NCBI GenBank assembly: GCA_964247055.1
Contig: OZ176054.1
Coordinates: 9,238,001 to 9,302,000, forward strand
Source: Paragordius varius
Lineage: Eukaryota > Animalia > Nematomorpha
DNA: 64,000 nt
Reading direction: 5' to 3'
Below are positions 13,258 through 26,030 of the stretch, one piece after another. Within the stretch, counting starts at the first letter, position 1; each line of letters opens with the position of its first letter. The notes beneath the pieces were generated by a model. The model was not told the DNA's origin. It saw only the letters and a program-made list of their open reading frames with translations, and searched no databases. Both the position numbers and the translations under genes were made by a program.

Positions 13258-13920
13258 TTTTCTTTGCTTTATATGCTTTCTGGTAACAGTTAATGTAAAA
13301 CCAGCTCTGTATTGTTACTCAAACCAATAAACATCACAAAATCGAAATTAATGTAATATAAAAATTTAGCTATACTTATAGATAATCATCATAAGAATTT
13401 AAATTTTAAATTATTTTCTTAATGTCATTTATATAGATCCAGAGGAATACCTCCTGGAACTGAAGGATTTGTTATCAACGCTGCCGAAATCTGTGTACCT
13501 AACGATAAGGTATATCATATTTTTAAAATATATTTTCGCTAATGTTTTGATTGTTTAAAAAATATTTTAGTTTAATTACAGTATTTAAAATTATATAGAA
13601 AAAACGGAATATATTGATTTTCATTGAGTATTTTTTATGTTACATATATATAAATTTAGTTGGATTTAGTAAAATGAAGTTTATTTCAAATCTATCCATT
13701 TAAAATGAGCCAAAATTTGCAAACAATATATTCTTTAATATAAGTTTTATAAGTTTTGATCAAATAAATTGATTTTTACCGATTATAGCCATATATGAAA
13801 AAAGTGTATATAAATTTTTTATACTTTGACAATTATTTTATTTTTATATATATGTCAAAACGGTCATATATCTTGAGGGAATTTTTCGCACCTGTGTATA
13901 ATAAAAATTATAAAAATAAA

Positions 13921-14727
13921 TTTGAGTTGGGATTTATAAAAATTAATGAAGGAAACGGTCCCAATTTAAATTTATGCTTCTATCCTAGTAAAAATTATAT
14001 AAATATGCCAAAATATCTAAATAAAATTTTTGTTTTGAAAAGAAAGTTCCATGTCAACTACTTCGACGCCATTTTATTTTATAAAATTTTTGCAAAATAT
14101 CGTCTTCATTTAATTTTAAGGGTAAAATTGAACCTATTTTTTTATTTAAATCCATCTAACATTGATCGAAATGGAAAAAGCGGTTTATTTTGTATTATTT
14201 TTCAATTTTACCATTGCACATATGTCACGTTGACTAAATTTTTACCTTTCGGTTTTAAGTTAAAATAAGTAATATCAAGTTTTTTTGAATAAATTTTTTT
14301 TATATATTTAGGTTTATTAATATTATATAAATGTGAAATTTTGCCATGGTTTCTCCATATTTTTTGAAGAATTAATTTAAACTGGGGCGTTTAAAGACCC
14401 CAATTTGAATCGAAGGACTAAAATGAATGTGCTGTATCCAAGTGTTAAATAACATTATTAATAGAAACATAAAAAATGGTTTTTATTATTTTTAAATTTA
14501 GCTAATGCAAAAATGTCTTGACTAAAATTTTACCTTTGTTTTTTAGCTTAAAGTAAGTAATATCTAGTATTTAAAATAAATTTTTATTATATTTCCATTT
14601 TTTATATAAGAGCAAACCTTTGCCATGGTTTCACTTCATATAAATTTTTAAAATATTTAAACACAATCCCAGGACATTTTACTACCCCAATTTATCGAAG
14701 GAAAATAAATGTTTTGTAAAGTGTTAA
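13921..14727. mobile_element. Two tandem copies (one partial) of the TTAA piggyBac-like MITE
   Basis: Reverse complement of 8700-9190. Ends GTATCCAAGTG|TTAA at 14448 and ...AAAGTG|TTAA at 14727. Confidence 0.75.
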
Positions 14728-14786
14728 CTAATTTAAGTGGAATGAATAATAATTTTTTTTAAAACTGTTAAGTTTATAAGGAAGAA

Positions 14787-17308
14787 ATGAATAATAAATG
14801 TTCTGATAAAACTCAGGTGTTAAAAACTGATGATTTACTGATGATGAAAAAGCGAGATCGCAAAGACAGGGTAGAGAGAGATGCGGCCAAAGAAATTTAT
14901 TGTATATGCCGTACCTCAGATGTTAGCCGATTTATGATGTAAAAATTATCTTCTACATTGTTTATAGTGGTTGCGACAAATGCAACGAATGGTATCATGG
15001 GGACTGCATCAAAATTACACAATCGGATGCCAATAATATAGAGAAATTTTTTTGCTCCTCATGTTTAAGTATGAAACTGCTTTAAATGTTTTTAGAAAAA
15101 TATCCTGCATTGAAAATTGTTTACAAAGAGTCTAAAGTTTATTTTTATTTTAATACATAAACAGGATAAACCCAAAATTTTAAAATGCGGTAAATGTAAA
15201 GGATGCATAGCCACTACCGACTGCTTTGAATGTGATTTTTGTAAAGTTTACATTTTCTTTTTATTCTTTTAAGTATAATGCCAAATATGCTGGTCAAAAG
15301 CCTCGACTGAAATGCAGATTACGAAAATGTTTGAATCCAAAAAAATTGCTTCCTAAAGTATTTTGTTAGTTAATTTTTTAGGATATAGAAGATATGAAAA
15401 GTGAAATGACTCACATTAAACAGCATGCTAAACAAAGTTAATATTATCTTTTTTGATTAACAGTGTAAAAATTTACCTTGCTCCTTTTTAAAATATTTTT
15501 TGGAATTTTTTTATGGTTTTTTAATCTTGGCAGTATTTTTTATCTTTTAGATTTTTCATGCAAAATAATTTTGGATAATTATATTCATAAAACCATGATG
15601 TATTTCAGCAAAATAAATACAGTAACGAGAGCTATTATTAGGTATTGTCAGTTGACATTTTCGAAATAATTATTTATTAATTGTGGAGAATAAATGCAGT
15701 GCCGCATGTAGGCAATGAAATATCATGTAGCAGCTTTTCGCAAACCATTATATCATTTTTTTAGAATTTGAATTTAAAGTTTATAATTCTTTGTAAAAAA
15801 AAAACAAAAAAATGATTCCCAATTTATTTATTTAATTTGGGTGTATAAATGATAAGAAAAAATTATATATATCGGCACAAAAAAATGATTTTACCTACTT
15901 CAGATAAAAGGTTAATATAAATATTAGTAACTGTTTCTTTTTAGTAAATTTGATTTATATCTATAATAGTTTTTTAAAAAATGTATATTTGACATATCCC
16001 GCCATCAAAATTTAATTTATCCGTTTTAAATGGATTTTTAATTTACTATTATTTGTTTAATAATTAATCCTATTTATTGAATCCATGATCCATGCTTCGG
16101 TTTAAATTTCATAATCTTTTCATGATAAAATGAAATTGCTAAGATATGCTACACAATTTCAATCAAATATGATGATTAATAAAAATTCTCATATAAATAT
16201 TCTTTTACCCAATTAAATTACCCAAATATTCAATAACATGCATGGTTATAAAATGTTTGTCATAGAGTGAGATATAAATTAACCTTTTATTTTTATTAAG
16301 ATGATAGACAACTACAATTGATTGATACACATAATATATTTACCACGACCCTTTTTTCTGGACCTGTTTCAACGGATAAAAATGTTGGAAATCAAAAGAA
16401 AAAAGTTGAATCCTCATTGCCTTTAAATACTAAAGAATTGCCTAAGGACAAGATTCAAATTCTTTCAAACAACAGCACACAAAAAACTACTGAAACCAAT
16501 CATAAAGATAATATTATAAATACACTTTTGGTAAAACAAAAAAATGTATCAAAGATTGAGGAAAAAGCTGATAATATGAGTAAAGCTTCTACAATGGAAA
16601 GCACACAGCCTACAATAAAAAGGTATTAGTTTTGTGTGTACGTTTTTATACGAAGAAAGTCTAAAAATATAAATTATCAATTTTTTTTGTTATATATGAA
16701 TTAAACACATTTTTTTGGATTCCATTATAGCAGAAAAAACATTTCAAAAAAAATACATGATTTTACTTATTTTTTACTTGGCATCGCTATTTAAATACAT
16801 TTTTTGCGAAAAAAATTCGAATATAACCAATGTTTATATAATTCAACAAAATGTTTATAATTAAAATGTTTTAATTTTAATAACGGCAGCTTTTATGCAT
16901 GTAATTTTTATACCGTAAGAAGCGAAATGCATACGCATTATTGAACTAATTATATCTGATCATCATGCAATTTTCTCATTTCAAAATAAGATCCTATATT
17001 TTAGTTTTTTTATCATGTAAAGTTTAACGTTTACTCGGTATTTGGGACAATTAACAAGAGTTTAATAATCATTTTGACGCATTAATAAATATATCTAAAG
17101 TTTGGTATATTGAATATCAACTTTAAAAACAAAGAATAAAACTCATGTTGATATGTGTCTTCTATCTAGCTTAGGACAAACTTTTTATTTAATTTTTTAT
17201 AATGTTTTAGTGAATACGGTGACTCGGTTGTGGATTCTAAGCGTTATACGTCAACATCCTCAGGGTCAGGCGATGAAATTATAACGGAAAATCGGAGACA
17301 AAATACGG

Positions 17309-17352
<44 letters not shown>

Positions 17353-20300
17353 TACATTTACAGTTCGAATTCACCCTAAAAATAAATTGTTTTTTCTGGG
17401 ATAACATAACTCATCATTAACATGAATTAATTTTTTATGGTATAATCTATTATCCTTTAAGTATGTAATTTTTAATATTTTAAAACACATAATTACTACC
17501 AAGGTGATTTTGAATTGTTTATTGTGAATGTAATTTGTTCAAGGGTGAATTTGATTTGTAAATGGTATATTTTTTAGTATTTGTAGGAATAATTTATTTT
17601 CAAATATACCATTGAAACATAGTTTAATAAAATATTCTTTATCAGACAAAAAAACTTTTTTACCATTTAATTTAAAGATAATTTTTATTTTTTAAGATTT
17701 TTTTAACTTATCTAATAGAGAAAAATAATTACAGGTACCTCAATTACCAATTGAGTTAATTTTTGTTAGTATTCGTAGACCGCTTCGACACAAAAGCATG
17801 AATTCTAATTTATATATATTATTTACAAATTTTGCAACGAAGTTTAATTAATTATATTTCGGCTAGCTTTTGCCATATTTTTTTGTTTTTTGACTTGCTA
17901 TCTATATTTTTTACGTTTTTGAAAAGCATGTTTATGTATTTATATATATCCATATACAGTATGCATTTTGAAGGTTGCTTATTTCACACTATAGTAGGGC
18001 AATTTGCAACACACTAGTGTATGGAAAAAAGAAAGGAAAAAATTGTTTTATTAACATTTTGTTGTTTTTTTCATCCACTACTGTGTTGCAAATTGTCCAA
18101 CTATATTGTGAAATAAGCAACGATTAAAATGCATACTGTAATAAAATCATCATAGCTTAAATCTTTACCACTATCAAAAAGTATTTCTGACACGCCAAAA
18201 AATAATCATAATAATGATAAAAAAGACGAATCTAATACTAACTCCTCACAAAGTAGTAATGATATTCATTCCAGCACAGATCAAGAAGAATCTGACCGGC
18301 CAACTAAAATTAGTGTTGGGGAATTCGATGTTAATTCTAAACACCAAGGTTTGAATCAAAACATTACAAAAACAACAACCCCATTAGCTAAGAAATCGCT
18401 GAGTTCTGCTCCTGAAAAAAAGAAATCATTTGAAATGGGCCCAGAAATACCAGAAGATATTGAAGATAATACAACGGATGATCCGGATTTTGAAAAGGTT
18501 TTTTGTCTCTCTCTCTCATTAAATACAGTTGAGCCCGATGACGGTGATTATAGGAAAATAGATATGAATAATTTTTGATAGAAATACAGTAAAAATTTGA
18601 CAAAACGTAAAAATATAGAGACAAATATTTTTTTCTAAAATACAACCCCATACTTTTGTAAATCTCATTTTTTTGAATAAATTTATTGTTTAAAACTCCA
18701 AAGTATATAATAGAGATGTATATTGGTAAGTTATTAAATGATTTTAATAAGATAAACTAAGGATTGAAAAGTATGGTTGTCTTTTGAAAAAAAAATGTCT
18801 TAAATTTTTTTCACATTTTTCGTATAGTTTCAAACTTTAGTTTAAATTGCAAAATGTTAAAATAATTTTTTCACATTTTCAACTTATTATAAGGCTGCAT
18901 AAATCTCCAGAAATTAATAAGTTTGTGGGTAATTTTATCGCGAAAATAGCTTAAATTTAGGACTTTTTACTAAAATCGAAAAAGAAGATGATAAACAGCA
19001 TATCCATAATGGGGGTTTGAATCGGACCGATTTTACTCTTTACAATTTGTGACTCTTTGACCAAAAATTAAAATTCCATGATTTCTTGAATCCCTGGTTT
19101 ATTTATAATGAAGGGTTAGATCATTATAAATTTTGCATGTTCAATGAAAAAAAGCATCATCTACGAAGATGTTTATTGCAGATATTATTACTATATACCT
19201 AGTAAATTTAATATAAATTTCGCTTTTTCCATATGACAAAATTCGGTGGAATTCAAATTTTTTTACTATACAATTTGTTATAGGAAATACCAAGCAAACC
19301 TAAAGCGGATCTAAAGAAAAAAGGACATAAAGTAACATCAATTTTTGAAATTTTCATCATTATTTTAACGCTAAATTTTGTTAAATTATGAAAAAGCTAA
19401 TACTTCATTTTTCTATATATAATACCTTATGATATTATATTGTATATAATATATAATTAATTTATTATTATCACTTGAATATTAAGGATATATAAATTCC
19501 TTTTTCATATATGTAGTCGACTTTTTATCTATATTAAATTTAAATAGTTCCTTTTTTCATGCTTACTTATAATAATAAAAGACGTAAGTAAAAATTTTTT
19601 AAATGTCTCAATATTTATAATTAGATTTTTCACATTGAAAGTTTTTTTCTTCTCTCTTTTTAAAATATTTGTGTTTTACATTCATTAATTTATATATAGA
19701 GCGAACACATTTCTAACGCCCAAAAAGGAAAACGAATGTATAAAAAGCGCTCTTCTCACAAAGGTCAATTTTATAGTTTAATATGGGAAAATTTAATATT
19801 TATCACCAAAAATTCGCATGTATTAAATTAGATTTCCAACATTTTATTTAAATATTAAATTATTTATCTGTGATCAAATACGCCAAAGAGTAAGTATTTT
19901 ATAAAATTTTATAATTTGTACATTATATTCCATAAAAATATTAAGTCATAACATTAACTTCAAAGATTAAATAGTTTTAATATATAAAACTATTTTATTA
20001 TATATAATAGCATTTTTACAAATTTTATTTAAACATTTGTTTTACCAAATTTTCGTTCCTTATTTCCTTAATCCAAAACCTATGGGCTATATATAAGGTT
20101 ATAGAACAATATGAAAATTTTTAAACTTTAAACTTAAACAGTTGAGTTAAATATATTTCAAAGATAAAACAACCAATTTATCTACAGATTGCAACATAAA
20201 AAGTGAAACAGCTAATAACAATAATATTGGCGCCTCAACACAGACGAATCCTACCATGACCAATCAAAAAACGTCTTACGTTAACAAGAATAGAAATACT

Positions 20301-23300
20301 GGGACAGCTAAAATATTTTATCCACCTATGCAATGCCATGGGCCAAAATGTATAAAATCAAATAGACCCGGTTCCAAATACTGTAGCGATGAGTGTGGTC
20401 TTAAACTAGCAACGAAGTAATATTTGCATCTTCTGTTCTCCTAAAATTAGATTGATTTATAGCGTTTTTTAGCGTTAAAAAGAGTTAATTTGACTAATAA
20501 GTTGTAATTATGATTTTCTAACATGTAAATAACGATGATAATTTTGCTTTTGTTTTGAATATTTGAGTTTTTTGAAGTATTCTTTAAATCTGAATCTAAT
20601 CATTTTAATACCATAATTTGTTTTAAAAATACTAGACTGATAAATCAATAATAAGCATAATTAATGCTTTAAAATAACTTTTTTGTTTCATAATAATTCA
20701 TTGATGATATGTTAATATTAGACGCATATTTGAATTTTTACCCATGCGAATTCAACAGTACCAAAATAACCCTGGAATATCTGATCAACTTAACCGTGAA
20801 GCATGGGAACGCATTCGTATGTCTCAGCTAAAAGCCCAAACTCGGCTTGAAGAATTAAATCGAACTAAGGAAGTCCTGGAAAGTACGATTGCCCATTGCA
20901 AATCACTTAGTATAGAGGAAAATATTGATGTATGGTTTGTTGTTTAAACATTTCTCTTCTTTTTTTGGTTTGGTTTATGAGATTTAAAAATTTATTTGTT
21001 TGTTTTATGGGTATTATAGAGGTAAATTTGGATATAAATGGAATTTCATTTTTTTACCCTTTATAGTCAATTAAATTACATAAAATCAACCATAGCTCTC
21101 GTTATTGTGTATATATATAAAAATTTTGTTTGTATATATGTATCATATAATGTACAAATATAGAATCAAGAATCTGAAATTGAAGAGCTAGAAGCCAACA
21201 TATTTTGTGTAACATGTGGTCACCCCATAAATTCGAAATCTGCCCAACGACACATGGAAAAATGTTTTGCTAAAGTATATTCTTATCTTTATATTAAATA
21301 GATTTCCCTTTTAATGAGCTTTTTTATAATAAAACTATTTCTAAATAAGTCCATAAATTCAAATTATAAGCGTTTAAAGTTGAGCATATGCCTTCTTACA
21401 AAGATACTATTTTTGAATATCAAAACACTAGATAATGATCCTAAAAAAATTATTTTTTAATTTTTTTTCCAAAGATCAGTATTATATTAGTCAGTTATTG
21501 TATATCCCATTTAACACGGTTAGTCTCCCATTATGTTGTTTTTTGGGTTTATTTTAAAAGAGGGGGAAGGGGTTCATTTATTAGTTTTTTATATGTATGG
21601 ATTCTATTTCATTCGGCTTATTACAACATCATCGGATTTTATATAGTTACGAAAAATATATTTTACTAATTTTTTGTTTAAATTTTTTATAATTTTTTTT
21701 TCAAAAAACGATGGTACACTGCGTACTACCTTTTTGACAAAAGATAAAAATTATAAATTGTTGTTTTAAATTTGATAATAACCAATATGTATTGAGTTTT
21801 AACGAAATTTTACGTAAAAAAATTAGATTGAAAGCCAAACGTCATACGGTTCAAGTTTTCGCACCAATTTGGGTATCGATTTATTTTGTGATGTTTATAA
21901 CCCTGACTCCCAAACCTTTTGTAAACGTCTAAAAGTTCTATGTCCTGAACATACAAAAGAACCCAAGGTTACTTATTATATTATATTTTTTTGGCCCGAA
22001 AATATGTTAGCAAAAAAAATATTTTTTCGGAATTCCTGAGTTAAATAACTTTCATATATTGAGTAATATAAAAAAGATAACATAAAAACTAAATGACATT
22101 TTTTTTGTCAAACGTTTAATACAGAGTTTTTGAGTTTTAATATAGGATTAGAAATGTAGATTGGTAACACACTCAATTTTTTTATACTTTTAATCATTTT
22201 GGTTATGTAAAATGAGGATAAGGTTTTAAAAAGTATGGCTGTTTGTTTAATATTTGTCTATTTCACATAATTTTATCATTCATTTTCACACCTAATATCA
22301 AAGATGAAACCATATTTAGATTAATATTAAATTCCATACCATCTATTAATTTGGTAATGAATGGGAATGTTTATATTTTTGGTAAAGATATCGGAAAATG
22401 AAGTTTGCGGTTGTCCCTTAGTCACAAACGTATTCAAAGAAACTGGTAAATATTGTTTAGCGTCCAAACGGAAATGTGTTCGACATTTGAATTGGGAAAA
22501 ATTGCGAAGGGCTGAGATTGATATGGAAAAAGTTAGACAGGTAATTAATAAACCAACCTGAGAAATTACTAATTTAAGTTTAATTATGAAATAATGAATA
22601 TTCTATATAAAATTCCATCCAAACAGTTTAAACCTAATAAAAAATACATTTTTTCAAATATTTTGCCCTATATTATTTATACTAACAGAACTATATCGTC
22701 AAAGAGGAATAATTTTTATCGTATTTTTTTATTCAAACTTTATTCGAAATATTTGATACATCTCGCAATCTTTTTAAATAGGTTAATTTGGATAATTATA
22801 TTACCCATTGAAAAAAAACTTTAATATATAAAAAAATTGAATATATCCTAATATTTAATGATTATAACAATTTAATTTGTTGATAGATGTACCATTTAAA
22901 CCTCAACCCTAGTCCAATTTAAATATATCCTAAAATATTTCACCCTATAAAATATGCGTTTTTTATCAGTAATTAGTTACATGTTTATGTATTTAAAAAA
23001 AATGAAATTTCGTTCATTATTAACGTATTACAGAAAAATAATAAATGCCATAAATTTTTTTTTCATGTTAATGATAATTATTATTAGCTCAAAAACACAT
23101 TTATTTTTAGCAGGTGAATTTGGCATATTAAGGGATGAATTTTATTAAATGGCATATATCACTAGATGGAGTTTTTTAAATTTTAAGATTTTTTTTGCAT
23201 AAAAAAAATATAATTCAAGCTTCTTCTGTTGGATGATTTGTTTGAAGAAGAACGACAAATACGCTCCCAGTTAGCTAATAGGGCAAGTGTATTAGGTCTT

Positions 23301-23558
23301 ATCTTACATCAAACTATTATGCATAACACGGAAAAACCTATCCTTGATACGAAACGCATCTTACAAAAAAATGGTTTTAAACCCGAAAATATGATCATAA
23401 ATGACAACAACCCAACAAAAGCAAAATCAGAAATTAATACAATTGACACTAAAGATAACTTAAACGATGATAAAATGTCAAAAATTTCGACTACCAATTC
23501 ATTTAGTGACGAATTTGTCAAAGCGATGATGTTACATGCTGATAAACCTATTCAATAA
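14787..23558 (+). CDS. CXXC1: CXXC-type zinc finger protein 1 / CFP1 (SET1-COMPASS subunit)
   Basis: PHD EIYCICRTSDVSRFMI|GCDKCNEWYHGDC; CXXC CGKCKGC...DCFECDFCK|YNAKYAGQKPRLKCRLRKC. C-terminal region QCHGPKC...SKYCSDECGLKLA, RIFEFLPMRIQQ, CVTCGH, HMEKCFAK, FCKRLKVLCPEH, CKRKCVRHLNWEKLRRAEIDME, LDDLFEEERQIRSQLANRA. In-frame ATG at 14787; upstream exons are possible. Confidence 0.95.
14939..15381 (+). other. Five consecutive micro-introns in CXXC1
   Basis: 14939-14967 (29 nt), 15069-15095 (27), 15137-15164 (28), 15246-15273 (28), 15358-15381 (24). All GT-AG; each is needed to keep the PHD-CXXC frame open. Confidence 0.92.
17312..17348. repeat. (TA)n microsatellite
   Basis: Visible directly. 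Similar tracts near 1580, 25995, 37222, 38380, 46845, 48478, 54736, 58570 and 60617, several abutting TA-target MITE ends. Confidence 0.95.
17352..17568. mobile_element. TA-flanked MITE of the TACCATTTAC family
   Basis: ACATTTACAGTTCGAATTCACCC...GGGTGAATTTGATTTGTAAATGGTATAT. Confidence 0.7.
17957..18138. mobile_element. Tc1/mariner-type palindromic MITE (CAGTATGCATTTT TIR)
   Basis: TA|CAGTATGCATTTTGAAGGTTGCTTATTTCACACTATAG ... CTATATTGTGAAATAAGCAACGATTAAAATGCATACTG|TA. Family members at 29885-30098, about 35055-35240 and about 5490-5610 (partial). Confidence 0.85.
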
Positions 23559-24189
23559 TCTACAACAATTTTTTTTATATTTATCTTATTGTATAAGAAA
23601 TGTAAAACTATTATCATAATAATAATTTAAAAAGTAATATCCGATTGCATAAATGTATAATTATGTAAAAATTAGTATGATCTCACCCATATAATTCCTT
23701 TTAGTTTTACAAATTAAGTCACTACACTAGCTCACAATATCAATAAATTAAATTTGGTATTATATCAAATTTTGAAAACTATAAGAGTGGAGGAGTTGAA
23801 ATATATTTATTTATGATACGTAAAATGTTCAATAAAGATTGAACGTTTATCCAAATTTGATTTTTTTAACCAGCGGTGCTCACCAAAAAAATTTAAAGGG
23901 CCGAAATTTCGTTTTTAAGGGCCATTATGCCGATGAAAATATCAAAGCTCTTAGATTTTGCAGATATTTATATCATATTATAATAACTATCTAATACATT
24001 ATTCAGGGCTAAAAGTATATTTAGGGCCGCGTTTGAGTTATACCATACTATTTAAAGTAGATTTAAATTATTTGATTTAGGACAAGACATATTTATTGAC
24101 ATAAATAATAAATATTATTTTTCCGCAAAATATTAATTGAGCGCAATATATACATAAAAATCTCTTCTTGTATGCTCATGTATTCCCAA

Positions 24190-25990
24190 TTATTTGGTTA
24201 TTTTTGGAATCGATGATTTTCGTCTTTGTATAAGGCTCCGTAAAACTTCAGCTCTATGCAAAGATTTCGCTTCCAAGCTATTGGGATTGAGGGATATATA
24301 TCTTGTACTTGCATTACTATACGCTTCTAATTCTTTAATTTTCATTAAGCTATTCAGACATATGGGATCTCTTACAACGTTAGGGTCTGCTATATGAAAA
24401 AAAGGATAATAAAATTATAGAGTCGTGTCTTTACATAAGCTGTAAAGGTATAGCGTGAAAATGCGTGTCTTTTATATAATTATTAAAATTCATCGTATAT
24501 AGAATGTAAAAAAAGCATTATATCTACAAAAATAATATAACACAATAATAGTTGTTTACGCTTAATATTTCTTCATTCAACGCTAAATTAACTAGAAAAT
24601 TATTTTTTAAAGCAGAATCTTTAACCGACAATAAAAAATAAGTCGTATTGTACATGCAGGTAAAATATTTTATTCTTAATCTACAAATCAAAAAAGGTAA
24701 TTACCATTAACAATAAGATTTGTCTTGTATGAGCCAATAAGAATTCTGTGATCTTCTCCGTCATTTTTGTCAAATATTTTGACATTATAGACACCGGCAT
24801 CACATGATGTAATTTTATGTATACGTAAACCAATCACACCATATTCAAATATTGGTTCGATTCTACTGCCTATAAATATCAAACACAATGAATCACATAT
24901 TATGAATAACTTTATAAGTTTATCTTAGTGCTTAATTAAAAATGTACGGAACGCCTAAACACAGGCTGGGAGGAAAGACAACCATAAATTTTTATTAAAG
25001 TACAAATTAAAGCTATACAGACAAATCGTTCAAAACAATAGTTTTCTTAAAAGACAACTAGACTTTTTAGACCTTAATTTCTCCTAAATTTAATTCTGTT
25101 ACTGTTAAAGTAGATCCTACTTTTGTGGACACAAACGCACCTATTTAATTGCAAACAATTATAACAATTATTGATTGTGTCTTCAAGCAAAATAGTTAGT
25201 ACATAATTGAAGTATTGTGATTAGGGTTGTGCATTTGACTGCTTTTTCAAAAATTCCGGTCAGACCCAGTCAGACCATGATCATGACCACTTTTCATTTA
25301 AATAATTATCATGCGATATTGGATTGCAAAAATAATGTTCGTACGAAACTTGCGTTTCACTAATAATGTCATGTTTTTCTTAAAAGTTTTTATTATATTT
25401 TTTGATATTAATTATTTAATATATTTTCAATAAAACTTAATCAAGAATGTTTTCAAATAAATTTTGCCACATGTTTGTAATACATAGCTTTTAATACTGG
25501 ATATTTCAAATAAAATTTTGCTTAGTTAGTTTTACACTCTCTTTCATCATTGTAATATCCAATTTTAAAATGTTTTTTCATTTTATTGGTTCACATATAT
25601 GGATTAATTGCATATTCTGCAAAGTGCTTGATTTTGTTTTTCGAAATAACTGGATATGGTTAAATGCTTATCTTATAACGATGCATGTTTAACAATTTTA
25701 TATTTTTAAATAAGCATATTTAAATATTTAATTAATATTTTTTAAAAAATATAATAAAAAACAATAAAATCTTAATATATCTCTTCCAGTGGTCAAAAAA
25801 ATTAATAGTCACTGACCTAGTCATAAACTGGTCAATTGACCGGGTCATGACTTGGTAGCACAACCCTAATTGTGATATTACACACATGTTATTAATTTTA
25901 GTATTGAAAAAATGTTTTCTTTGTGATATACTCCACTAACTATTAGTTAACAATATACATCTCTGTTTTATGTCTTAAAATAATTAATGA

Positions 25991-26030
<40 letters not shown>

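Noticed and set aside
11812-13330. Several 63-75-aa ORFs (and 1169-1501)
   Set aside because: Inside or overlapping non-autonomous Helitron copies; no Rep/helicase motifs.
13795-14268. 157-aa ORF
   Set aside because: Lies mostly within the TTAA MITE also present at 8700-9190 and 52949-53496, where the frame is not preserved; AT-rich chance ORF.
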